A stretch of DNA of 64,000 nt from the human T2T-CHM13v2.0 reference genome, Homo sapiens. Under the pieces are notes generated by a model that saw nothing but the letters and a program-made list of their open reading frames with translations, searched no databases and was not told where the DNA came from. The translations under genes and the position numbers were made by a program. The stretch is from the NCBI RefSeq assembly GCF_009914755.1, contig NC_060939.1; one strand, given 5' to 3'. Of this stretch, positions 13,105 to 25,800 are shown piece after piece (the first letter of the stretch is position 1; the number at the start of each line of letters is the position of its first letter).

Positions 13105-14197
13105 TGAGAACCACCAGCTCCCTGAAGCTGCTCCCCAACCAGTAAACCCTGCTTTCTCCCCCACAGATATTTCATGCATACAGGCTATGCCAGCATGAGA
13201 AAGAGCCAAGTCCAGACCCCTCACCAGGGAGCAAACCGTCCAAGTGACACTCCAACATCTTGGGGCTGAAGGTTTTTGGACGGAGTGCTTGCCCCAATGC
13301 TACCTAGACAAAGCCCCTGGGGAACTGAAAATGCTCAGGGTTGGGGCTGAAGAACCTTCCTCTTACCAGCTCTGTGATCTTAGGCACTGGTAAGCCCTGG
13401 TTTCTGCATCTGGTAGATGGGCCTGCAACACCTGCCCAGCCTCCTGAACAGGGGAGCTGGAGGCGCAAGCAGGGGAATGCAGGTGAAAGCACTCAGCAAA
13501 TTAGGCAGGATCCACTTGTGCAAGAGGTTATTTCCAGGCATGACCTGAAGACTGCCCCAGCCACTCTCCAGCCCAGATATCTTCCTCAACTGCCTGCTGA
13601 TCCCTGCCATTCTTATCCTTAGATCTAGCCTCTGGATTAAGGATATTCAGAAGATTCTGCTGATTTACAACTAAGGTTTCTGACGGAAGCAGAGGCAGGG
13701 GTGATGACACACTTCGCACCATTCATGATGCTAGTGTGACTTGTAAGCAGCTCAACATCAGGAGGTGGCACAAGCTAGGAGGGAGGAGGCTCCTGCAGGG
13801 ACGGACCCAGAGGGCCTTTCCAGGAAAGGCCAAGGGAGAGGGCCGCTGGTTGCTCTGAGGCTTCCTGGACAGAGAGGGTGAGGTGCTGGCTTAAGTGCCC
13901 TGGGACCTGGGAGTGACTGGTGAGGAAAAGAGGCTTGGAAAGCCAGAGGGGACCCAGAAAGGCCATACCAGCTTGACTTACTGCAGCCTGGCCCAGCATC
14001 AAGGATTTGGGACCTGGAACCTGACAGATCAAGGACTCTGCACAACTGTGTGGCATATTTCTGAACCTCTCTAAACATCATTTTGTCATTTATAAAATGG
14101 AGATAAGAACAATTCCTTTTGGGAGGCTTTCATATACACAAAAGCAGACTAGCTGTTATTATTCTTTACAATTTCGCTGAGACCTTAGCACGGGCAG

Positions 14198-14199
<2 letters not shown>

Positions 14200-14233
<34 letters not shown>
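14200..14233. repeat. (TG)17 microsatellite
   Basis: Read directly. Confidence 0.95.
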
Positions 14234-14235
<2 letters not shown>

Positions 14236-14484
14236 CTGCCCCCCCTTCTGAGTGTTCACCCCATCTTTGCTGTACTATCTCTCTCCAGACTGAAACAGAG
14301 TGCAGTAGAAAGGAGAAGAGTCAGGAGTCAGAAGACCTGGATTCAAATTCTGCCTTTGTACTGGATGAAGAACTGTAGACAGGTCCTCATTGTCACCCAG
14401 AGCCTCACATATAAGGGCAATAGATGGGACGATAATCGCTAAACCATGAGGTTGCTGTAAGAATGATATAAAATAATATATCAG

Positions 14485-14745
14485 CAATAATAGTCCACGT
14501 TTCCCCTACACTTACCAGTGTGCCAGGCACCCTTAAGGGCGTCACACACATTATTTCAACCATTACAATCTTTTAAGTATCCCTACTTCTGTAGATGTCC
14601 CTACTTCTGTAGATGTCCCTACTTCTATAGATGAGAAAACTAAGGCTCAGAGAGGTTAAGCAACGTGGCCAAAGGTCACACAGCTTGTATGTGGCAGAGC
14701 ATGAATCTGAATCCAAGTGGCGACTACTTCACTACTTTACTGGGC
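14485..14745 (-). mobile_element. MIR with an internal 18-bp triplication (14581-14633)
   Basis: gagaaaactaaggctcagagaggttaag...aaggtcacacagc. Confidence 0.8.
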
Positions 14746-15339
14746 ACAGGATCCCAGCACATCCAAGTTGGAAGATACCTTAAAAGCACACCAGGTCCAA
14801 CCTGCTGTTGACTGCTGAGGAGCCCGAGAGCCCCACTCCTAAGTTGTGTTACAAATCAAATCTCCTTTTCACCCTGACCTGCATCGTAACTTCCCAGATG
14901 ATTCTCTGCATCTGAAGGCCTTCACCAGACACATGGCATCCACAGAGCGAGTATGGTTCCCTTCAGAGGAGGGCATCGAGACCCAAAGAAGCCAAGTAAT
15001 CTGCCCAGGACCACATAGCAAGTCTCAGGCTGAGCTGGGAGTCCAGCCTCCTCCTGCAGGCTCTTTGCTGCAAAGCCTTGTGTTACATGTACTTGGTGGG
15101 GCTGGGGGCATTTGATGCTGGAGAGAGGGTAGTGTTTCTGAGACCTCTGTGTGTCTCTAAAAGCATCTAGGTATGACCCTTGATGGCTTGTGATCTAGAT
15201 TCTGATTAGATGTGGGCAATAATTTCTCCTCCTCTCCCTGAGACCCAGCCCAATGTGGAGCTTTGTGTCAAGTATGGCTGCATTCCTGTTGTGCCCATCC
15301 CAGTGCCAGCTACAGACTTGGTGGCCCATGGAGTGGCTC

Positions 15340-15868
15340 GCACTGCTGGTTGTCTACTCAATATTCATTCAGATTTCTGTATCAAAGTGATATCAGCATG
15401 CCCAGCCTCAAGTGATGAAGTGTGATGGGTCTAAATCCATCATGGTAATCCGTTTCCTCTTTGCCAGTGATAGGCTTGTGAGTTGCCGAATGACACAGTT
15501 CCAACCAACAAGATGGGAAGGAAGTAAATGGGAACCTCCAGGAAAGATTTTCCTCCCGAATGAAGACACGTAAGAGAAAAGAGCCCTGGGCCCTCTCCCA
15601 CTCTCCCTTCCTTCCTGCTGGTGATGCTTTTGGGAAGGATATAATGCCTGGAACCAGGGTGACTGCCTTGTGACCATGGGGCAACACCTGCTGAGGATGT
15701 CACAGCAGGAGGATAGAGAGAGCCTGGGCCCTCACTGACATTGTTGAGTTGCTGCACCAGCCTTGGAACCACCTGCCTTGTCAACTAAGATCACATATAT
15801 ATATGTACTGGTTATGCCATTATCTGTTTGGTATTATGTTACTTGAAGCCAGCATATCCTAATCAATA
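15340..15868 (+). mobile_element. MLT1J/K (ERVL-MaLR) LTR
   Basis: gtgaccatgggg...gagcctgggccctcactgacattgttgag...tgttacttgaagcc...cctaatcaata. Confidence 0.7.
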
Positions 15869-15884
15869 AAAGGGATAATAAAGG

Positions 15885-16249
<365 letters not shown>

Positions 16250-16319
16250 CTACCTTATGAAGTCAACACTCTGATATCTGTTTTACATAAAAGAAAGCTA
16301 AGGTTTGGAGAGGACACTG

Positions 16320-16543
16320 TGATGCAGGGCAGGCGAGCCTTGCAGAGCAGGGCTACTCTGGGCACACTGCCTATGGGGTAGCCCTGCTCTGCAAGAAGCA
16401 GTGCCTCTGCTGCTGCTCTCCACTGCCACATGGATTTTAAAAAGCTGTCTAACACCCCAGCTCACCTTTGAATTCTTTCCTGAGTGAAGCCAAGAACCCT
16501 CCTGGGCTAAGCCCCAATTTTGGGTCTCACCTGCTCTGCATCA
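16320..16543. mobile_element. ERV1 (MER66/MER41-like) LTR-derived fold-back element with inverted termini, inserted in a MIR
   Basis: TGATGCAG...CTGCATCA termini; TSD ACTG at 16316-16319 and 16544-16547. Confidence 0.8.
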
Positions 16544-17177
16544 ACTGAACTTTCCCACTTTATACACCCCTCCCTAGCAAGTAGAGAAAAAGGGATTTAG
16601 ACCTCGTTCCATCTGACTCTCAGGTCTGTGTGCCAAACCACCACACAGAGAGGGCTGGCTCCTGCTGTAAGTATATCAGATAAAAAAGCTGATTTCTCCT
16701 CCTCTCCTAGATCTGTCTCTAAATGACCCTATTTCCAAGTATGCAGTGAACATGCATTTTGGAAAATGTCCTGTCAGACAGATGATGTGTTTCGGAGTTG
16801 AGAAAAAATAGAGATGAATGGATGGGGTCTGTGTAGGATAAAATGAGTCCTGCCTGTCAAAGCCTTGTGCTATCTTTAGGGACCCAGGACGCTCACCTGG
16901 GAAGAAGCAGTGAAAAACACCAGGAAATACACATTGTCCCCCTCTCTCCTGTCTGGATCCTTCAAGGCTAGTTCAAGTGACCTTTCTTCCAAGAAGTCTG
17001 CCCTGACTGTGCCAAACAGAACTGGGCTCCCAGGGCATATGTTTGCAAACTTCTTACAATGGGCAGATTTTTAAAGTTATTTATGTGCCTATGTACCCCT
17101 TCTCATAACTGAGTGTGAGCTCCTGGAAGCCCAGACTGTGTCTTAGGGCCAGCACAGTTCTGAGTATCAAGTAGGAG

Positions 17178-17614
17178 TGATGCAGCGCAGGCCAGCCCCA
17201 GACTGGGGCTTAGCCCATGAGAGTTCTTGTCTTCACCCAGGAAAGAATTCAAGGGCAAGTGGGTGGTAGGATAGAAGAAAACAGCTTTCTTGAAGCAGCA
17301 GTGTTACGCTCACATAGGCAGAGATTAGCAGCTCAGAGCAGTTCTGCAGTAATATTTATACCTACTTTTAATTGCATGTAGATGAAGGGGTGGTCAATGC
17401 AGAAATTTCAAAGGGAACTTCTGAGTCATCAGGTCATTGCCATGGGAAGGGGTAGTAACTCCTGGGTGTTGCCATGGCAATGGTAAACTGACATAACACA
17501 CTGGTGGGCATGTCTTATGAAAGCTGCTTCCGCCTGGTCTCTCTCTTAGCTAGTCCTCAATTTGGTCCAGTGTCTGAGCCCTGCTTCTGGAGACAAGTCC
17601 CACCCCCTACTTCA
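17178..17614 (-). mobile_element. ERV1 solo LTR (MER66-like)
   Basis: TG...CA ends; 4-bp TSD GGAG at 17174-17177 and 17615-17618; family from memory. Confidence 0.85.
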
Positions 17615-19549
17615 GGAGTGCAGGAAATGCTTTCTGGTTTAACGTGACATCATTCAGTGCTAACCACACACTCTGTAAAGACAGCTCCTCCCAGGTTGGG
17701 TTCATCCTCTATTGTGACACACACACACACATAGCCCCAGGGCTCAATACAAATCTTTTTCCACCAAAGGGAGCTTCTTTCACCAAAATGTGGGGTGTTT
17801 GTTACGGGGCACACCGAGAAGCACAGTGGTCATGTAAACCTCGGGGAACCCAAGACACCAGTCATCACAAAAGACAGCCGAGAAGCTTGGTCTTGGCTGA
17901 GGTCCAGGCAAGAGTGAGAGGTGGAGGGAGCAGTGAGGGGTGGGATGGGGGGTGCTGGGAGGGGTGATGATTCCCTGAGAGGAGCCCAGTGGGAACCAAA
18001 TGTGGGGATCTATGGGACAGCTGGGGTTGGCTTCAGAGAGCACTAGGCACCATAGAAATGGCAGCTTCACAGCTTCCTTCCTTACTCCAGCCAGGCACCG
18101 CTGCCTTGGCCCAGGCCTGTGGAATGTTCCAGAAGCTAAAATGCCCTTTGTCTGGGCCTTACCCTTCCCTGGAACACAATGGCTTGTGCTTGAAGGGCTC
18201 GGGGTTTGTGATTCCTCAAGTAAGCCAAAGAATCAACAGCTTCCGGGGCTGCCCCTCAGCGGCTCCTATCCACGGTTATTTTTAGTCGCATTTAATTTGG
18301 CAGCCAGGAGCACTTTTGATTTCACAATGATTAGTTAGAGCTTGTGTGTGCGCTGTTTTTCTTCTTACCACCCGCCTGTCTCCCCCAAGGGGACTGGGTG
18401 TTGTTTTGACTTTTATGTGTTACAATAAAAACTTTCATTGTAGCAAAATGTTTGCTCGTCAAAATTAGCTTGGTTAATTCCAAAGAATTGTTTCATCTTG
18501 GCTCCACAGACACGGGGGATCTTTTTTACAAGAGGAATTGGCCACCAGCCAGCTATCTCCGGGACAATTCCTCTATAGTGTTCATCCTCCTGGAATTTAC
18601 CTTTAAAGAGGAAAGACCTGCCTTCACTTACCAAAGGAAAGCCGAATGCGTCCCCGGGTTCATGTGCTCCACAGCAGGGCAGGGAAAGCCAGCGACGAGT
18701 GTGGATTTGGTTGTGTTGATTTTAGAATCACAGGCCTGGAAGAAAGCCCCACAAAGAGACACATGTGAGGGTGTACACAGACACAGCTCACACAAGCACA
18801 CACCCACAGGTGTCACACTCATGGCACGAATAGACACACGCTCACAAACACACAGACCCACCAGGGCAGGGCAGCTGACTCTGCATACACGGGAAGAGAG
18901 AGACGCAGAGGCCTGAGCGCCACGCCAGTCCAGGTGGAAACGCTTGAGCCGCCTCACCTGCATTTGCAGGGCTCAGCAGGCAAGCTAAGCCTCGCCCCGC
19001 TGAGACCCGCCCACGTAAGCGAGGGTTGGGGGCACCACCTCCAAACAGTCTCAGTTATCCTGGGGCCTGGGCTCAACGCTCTCCCTTGCATGACCGACCT
19101 CCCACTCCTCGAGGAAGCTGGCACTCCTGAGCCCGAACCCAGGCCAAGCTGACCCCTCTGGCAGCTCTACCCTGTGCCATCACCACTCCCTCGCCACAAG
19201 CTGAGATCGTTGTTAAACAAGAAGGCACAGGAGGCTCACAGATGCCCGTGACAGTCAACAGACCAACGTTAAGTGGAGTCTTTGCACAAACTGTTGGGGA
19301 GGCTCAGATGAGAGGTTCACCGCAGCAGGGATGGAGGGACAGGCAAGAGCCGCATAGAGTTGGAAAGTCATCTGACCTGCGTCTACACCGCTGGGACAAA
19401 AAGGGGTTGAGGCAGATATCATTGCCAGACAGACTCGCTGGTAACACTGCTCCTTCTCTCCCCTCTGCCTCTCCACGCCCCGTCACCACTCTCCCTACTT
19501 GGAGAAAAGGGACAGTCAACATCTAAAGGGGAAATTGGCCTCTAGGCTA

Positions 19550-20060
19550 TGTATGCATTCCCTAAATTTTTATCAGGTGCCTACCCCCAGGAACTGGAGA
19601 TATAACAGAGTACAAAAGAGAGCTCATGCCCTCTGGGCACTGGTAGGGGAGAGAAGCAACCAAGGGCTACACAGTAACATGCAGCACTGACCAAGGTGAT
19701 GAAGAAGAAACTCAACACCCACCCCACAGGGTGACGGCAAGTGGTGAAGGAACAGGCCCATCATGCAGGAGGTCTGGAGGCACCGAAGGGACTGGGGAAA
19801 GGGAGGATGTGAGTGGGAGCCAAGAGGGTGTCTGGGAAGGGCAATTCCAAGCCAGCCGATCAGAGCTGACGAAGCTTCAAGGCTGGGCAGGCTGGGCGGG
19901 CTTTAGGAAGTCGATGTGGCAGTGCTGAGAGAGTGGAGGGGAGAGTGGAGTGGGGGTAGTGAGCCTGGAGAAGTAGCCGGAGGCCAGGTCTTGTAAGGCT
20001 TCATGGATGCGGTGAGGGCTTTCGAGGTCAGCCTTCCTCTCTAAGCACCAGAAAGCAGGC
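19550..20060 (-). mobile_element. L2 LINE fragment
   Basis: Degenerate L2 3' region motifs. Confidence 0.5.
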
Positions 20061-21824
20061 AGCCTGGCAGCAGCTTGCAAAACCTCTGGCCCACTCTTCA
20101 GCTGCTGGTGCTCTTCAATCTAGAGGTTTCCGTGGCCAGAACTTTCAGTTCCCTGGCTTAGGGACTAAGCCCTCCTTCTTAGTCCCCATTAGGGAAGGGA
20201 CATGCAGAAACTGCTGGAAAACTCTTCCTTCCCTGCTGTGTGCCAGCCAGGCTTGAGGACTGTGACAAGGACCTGGCCTCAGAACCCAGCTGGGTAGAGG
20301 GGCAAAAGCAAGCTGTGGATGGAGTCCTGCGTATGGCTTCCCTTGCCCAGCTGTGTGGCCTTGAGTCACTCACTTGCCCTCTCTGAGTCTCAGGTTCCAT
20401 CACTGTCAAATAGAGATGCTCCACCACAGAAGCACAAGGGTCAAATGAGCAGCAGAAGTCATTGTAAAATGGGAGAATCCTGCTTATCTGGAAGTTTTTA
20501 CTTTAAAATTGTTTCTCCCCTGCAGGCTCAGACAGGATGCTGGCTGCTGTGTAGGGAAAGCAGAAGGCTTCTCTGATGAGGGACCCGTGCCTCCCTCCCC
20601 TACCCCACCCCCCATTCTCCCTGCTCTACAACTAAGTGGCTTCAACTAAACGCTGAGGCCAACTTAGCGGCCCTGCACAGCCCTTCTGGTATCCAGTTTC
20701 TCACCTGAGATTTCTGCCCAGGCATGGGTTTCTTGCTCCTTCCAGACCCAGAGCCACAGCCCGAAGAGCAAACCAGCTGTGCTCTCTGAGTGGCAGCTGG
20801 AAGAGCCCTGAGGAGCCCAGGCCCAGCCTATGGCCAGGATTCAGAAATGGGAGGATGAGGCCACCAGGCTTCCTCCCATGTCCCCCAGTAGCCCACAGCC
20901 TGATTGCAGCTTTGGGTCAGGCTTCCTCTTTGCATTCCTTAATTACTTTTTTAAAAAGTCGATGATCCTTAAAATTGATGCTGCTAAATCCCCTCATTTT
21001 TAGATCCTAAGGATGTGTATCAATGGTAAATGGGTAAAATATAAGAAAACATGAGGGGATGCTGAGGGAATAACTAATACAGACAATCAAGGAATTCTGC
21101 AGACCTAAAATTCATTACCCCTCAAAAAGACAAGACTTGGCTGGAGAGTGAGCAAGAGTGTAGGGACAGTCACACCTGGGGACTTGTGGCTGGGCACATG
21201 AGCAGGAATCGGCTTCTAAAGAGTGCTGGGGAGTGAGGCAGGGGCCTGCCAGGCTCTGGGCGCCCAACCTGATACCTTTCAGTCTCCTGCTTTCACTCTG
21301 GCCCACCTGAGCTCCAGCTGGGCTTCTCCACTCACCACAACTCCACCAGCCTTTCCTGGAAGTACTGGCCGCTCAGAGGAGCGGCAAGGTTCAGGGAAGG
21401 CAAGGCAGCACAAAACGGTGAATCTGCCTGGGCCCCACCCCTGAGGTGGGCATAAGCCCCCACTGAGCAAAGTCCATACACTGAGAGGCCAAATCCCCAG
21501 CCAGAGATCAGCAGTCCTCACCTTCCCTTCCCTGCCCAGCCGGTGTCCCCAGACCCTGCACTGGGCACTGAAGGTACAAGATGAACAAGACCCCATCTCT
21601 GCCTTCAAGAAGGTCAGTGTCTCTCTCTGAAAACCAAGTGTCTGGGCCCTGGTGGCTGGAGACAGAAGAGGACTGCATCATGGGGGAGGGAAGGATGACA
21701 GAGGGAGGCTGGTGTTCCCAATCCCTGAAGGATTCGAGGTTCTTTTCTCATAACCAGGAGGTCCTTCAGGACCCTGTGGATGAGCCTCAGACAAAGCACC
21801 TGCCTCCATGTTTTCTCCTCTTAA

Positions 21825-22060
21825 TTATTTACTGAGCAGTTATGTGCCAGTGTGCCAAGTGCTTTACACATATGAATTCATCTAATTCTCCCAATAATTC
21901 CATGGGATAGGTGTTATTGTGTATCTATCTCTATTGGACAGGTGAGGAAGATGGAGCTCAGAGAGGTGAAGTAACTGGCTCAAGGTCACACAGCTATTAG
22001 ATGCTGGAACCACACTAGACACAGCAGCCAGGTCCAGGGGCTGCACTCTCACCCACCGTG
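21825..22060 (-). mobile_element. MIR SINE
   Basis: tttactgagcagttatgtgccag...gctcagagaggtgaagtaactggctcaaggtcacacagcta. Confidence 0.8.
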
Positions 22061-22346
22061 GTAATGGCTTCTCTAACAGGGATGACATGTATAGCACAGG
22101 TCTCCACAAAGTGTCAGTGTTGGGAATCTTCCTAACATGCCTTTTGCTCTATTTTATACTTGAGAAGTTAAGCTGCTAGCATAATAATCCTTAATATTCA
22201 TTGATTAATTTGTAGGTGCCAAGAACTGCTCAGAATACTTTATATACTTTAACTAACTTCATCCTCACAACAACTCCATGGGGTGGACACTATTATTACC
22301 TCAATTTAACAAAGGAAGAAACTGAGGCACAGAGGGGCTAAGCATC

Positions 22347-22881
22347 TTTATTAGTCAGAGTTTTCCAGAGAAACAGAACCAATAGGATAGATAAATTGTT
22401 TGATAAATAGATAGATTGATTGATTATAGGAACTGGCTCACGCAATTACAGAAGCTAAGAAGTCCCACGATCTGTCATCTGTAAGCTAGAGAACCAGAAG
22501 ACTGGCGGCATAATTCAGTCTGAGTCCAAGTCCCAAGGCCTAAGAGTGGGTGGGTGGGGTGGGGATGGGGGCCTAAGTACTTTTCCGAGGCCCAAGGCCT
22601 GAGAACCAGGAGTGCCAATGTCCACGGGCAGGAGAAGATGAATGTCCTAGCTCAAACAGAAAATAAATTCTCCCTTTCCCCTGCCTTTCATTCTATTCAG
22701 GCCCTCAGTGGACTGGATGGTGCCCACCTGCTCTGGTGAGGGTGGTCTTCTCACTCACTTGATTGATTGAAATGCTGATCTCTTCCAGAAACACCCTCAC
22801 AGATACACGCAGAAATAGTTTTATCAGCTATCTGAGCATTCCTTAGCCCAGTCAAGCTGATACATAAAATCAACCATCACA
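22347..22881 (-). mobile_element. MLT2B (ERVL) solo LTR inserted into a MIR (MIR halves ~22205-22346 and ~22887-22985)
   Basis: tattagtcagagttttccagagaaacagaacc...cataaaatcaaccatcaca; 5-bp TSD gcatc/gcacc. Confidence 0.85.
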
Positions 22882-25800
22882 GCACCTGGGTGATTCCCCA
22901 GGTGATCACTGGCGAAGCTGCCATTTGAACCCAGGAAGTCTGGCTCTATAGAATCTGTGTTCACAGCCACTCCACTCCACTGCCTATGAATGTGGAAAGT
23001 TAGCAAAGAGAAGAGCCGCGGGTCAAAGCCAGGTCTGTAGACCACCTGTGCCTGAGCTTAGCCATTGTGCTGTGATACCTGCCCTGCCCTATCTGAGATA
23101 CTTTTCCAGGTTAGGGATTCCAAGCAGAACTCCAAGCCTCTAGTTCTCTACCTGCCAAGGCAGTGAGTCCATTCTTCCTGGGCTTCTCTTCCTCTAAACA
23201 GGCTAGAAGCCTTTCGGGGTTTCTCCCACCTGTCTTGCTTACCTGGGCCTGCCCTGTCATGGAGCTTACCAGTCCTCCCAGCCTTCCGGTCAGATATGAG
23301 CTCCTGCTAGACCCCTGGGTTGTGAATCTCTGACTATGGAGCCATCCATAGTTCATTTGGGGAGTTCTGGACCCTTTCCGAGGTTTGTGCCCATAGACAG
23401 AATCTGAGCTCTCTTTTCTTGGTCTGGTTTTGCACTCAGCTTTCCTAAAATCAGGAGCCCTTGTCCACTGACAAGGGTCTGGCTCTCCTTCTCTTCTGAA
23501 GCTTCTGGGCCACTTTTTCCCTTGCCCTACCCCTGCTTCACTTCACCCATCAGTTCCTCCTAAGGTCACATAATCAGTCTGAACCATGGTGCCCTGATCA
23601 CTCCCCACCCTCCTGAGCGAAGCCCTGGGTGGCACCAAGCCCACTGGGAAAAAGGCCATGTTGAATGGAAGCAGCTGTGGCAGCTGCCTCCTGTACCTCA
23701 TCCTGCACAGCTGGGCCCAGGTCGGCCTGACCCAGAGTGGCACTGTGGCTTAGCTGAGCACTTGATGGCCAAGGGTATCCTGGCAGAGTCAGACAAGAGG
23801 AGGCTTCCCCAGTATCCTCTAGAGGCAGCACAAAGAAGGGGCCAGACAGATGGCACTCTCCAGGCCTCCTTTGGATCCTGCTCCATGACCTTGGACAGCT
23901 GACCTAATCCATGTCCCAGCTTCGCCTTCTGGAAAATGGGGGACATGGTAAACACCTCCAGGGCAGCTGCAAAGATTAAACCCTGACTGCTTGGCAGAAG
24001 GTGAAAGGACTCTTGCAGGTCTCTTTCAGCTCCACCAGCTAAGGATTCTGTGAAAACCATGGAGGGAGTCTGTGGTCAGGCTGCATAATGTGGGCATCAC
24101 ATTTCCTGAAAAAACAAAAGACAAGAGGTCACTGACCATTGCCATTTGTGGCACTCTTCAAGAGGAAGCTCTAGCTTCATCCAAAAATACCTCTGTGCAG
24201 GAGTCGGGGTGCCACTGCAGAGCCTGCCCTGGAGTTAAGCATTGTCCTGTCTAGCCATCTCATTTGAAAAGAAATGTGTCCTGTCTTAGGAAAGGCAGCA
24301 ACACAGCAATAGTGGCACCTATGTGGGAGAGAAGCACAGGACTGAAAGTCAGGATAAGGCACAAAGGGGGGCTGAGATCAGCCTGGAAGACAAACCTCAC
24401 CAACTCCCAAGGTGGCTGAGGGCCAGCTTGGGGTGGCCACACACCTTGGCAAAGTACTTCATACTTCATATGGGCAGTACTTGACTGTTCACAAAGCCCC
24501 TTTTGACCTATGCACTCCTCAAACCTCGTAACTCTAGGAGATAGCTTTATTTAGGCCCACTTCACAGATGAAGAAACTCAGGACGAGACAAAGTGACTCC
24601 CCTGATGTCAACAGTGTACCAGCGGCAGATCCAGGGCTTGGATCCAGCTCTGCCCCCTGCATTGCTCACTGCCTGGACCTACCAAGAAGAAGCTGTGTCC
24701 AGCTGCCCAATCCCAGTGCCATTGCATCCCCTATGGGGAAAACTTGAAGGAGTCCAAAGGCCGTAGGCCAGCAACCATGTGTCTACACCACAAGTAGTTA
24801 GGATTCTCCAGGTCCAGTTAGAGGCCTACGTCCCTGGGAAAGTTCTGGGTGCCAACGAGAGAAATAAAAAATGCAGTGAGTGGTCCAGCTCCAGCCACCT
24901 CCTTCTCCCTCTGTCTTTCCCTTAGGGAAACCTCAGATAGTTTCCAAGAGAAGAGTAATGAATGAACACCTTCTAAGACAGTGGATTACCCCAGGCTGTC
25001 AGGACCACACTGGCAGCAGGGCTAGAAGAAGAGCCCATAATGGAGTCAGCCAAGTCACTAGAAAGGATACAGGGACATAGGAGACTGCCAGCCTCACCCC
25101 AATCAGGGGTCCTCCTGGGCTCATGGGAATGGCCACCTCCTTCCTCCTCCCTCCTTTCTGTATCTCTGGCCTATGCTGAACACCCTATAGCAGAACCTAC
25201 ACCCCACACCCTATGCATTCCTGACACCCTACAGCAGAAGCACCAGAGGCTGGGGGCCAGCATGCTGTGTCTAGGGTATGGGGACTGAAGGACAGGTAAG
25301 ACCTCCACAGAGTAGACCTGTGCCCCAGCCCTGGAGAAAGCAGCAGCAGCTCCGGAGGGCAGGCCTGATGCCGGGGATGGAAGGAGGTGACTGGCCAAGC
25401 ACTATGACCTGACATTTTCTGGGCGAGCAGTGGCTTATATGAGTTCCGTGTGTTATGGGTCTGTCTGTGGCGTCCATCTGTAAGAGGAGGGTCTTAGTCT
25501 CTAGGAGCTGCACAGCTTCGGGATCCATGTGATCTTCCTAAGGCAAGAAAGAAGAATCCCTCCCCTTCAGGTCAAAGGCCTTGCCTTGCCAGTGAAGTCC
25601 AGATGGACAAGTCCAGTACCGGGCGGTGCACAGTGGAGAGGGCAACCACTATGTTGCAGAGATCAGTGATGTCATGGGTATGCCCACACATGTGTGGGGT
25701 GTGTCTGCAGGGGTGATGCATGGGGATAGGTCAGCTGTCCGGGGAAGCCCTGAAGTGTGTCAAGGAATGGGGCTGTGTGTGTCTCATTCATCCCCCAGTG

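Noticed and set aside
14581-14633. 3 x 18-bp repeat CCCTACTTCTGTAGATGT resembling a Cas12a direct repeat (CTAC-loop-GTAGAT)
   Set aside because: Head-to-tail with no spacers, no cas genes, eukaryotic context; it is a slippage triplication of the MIR core.
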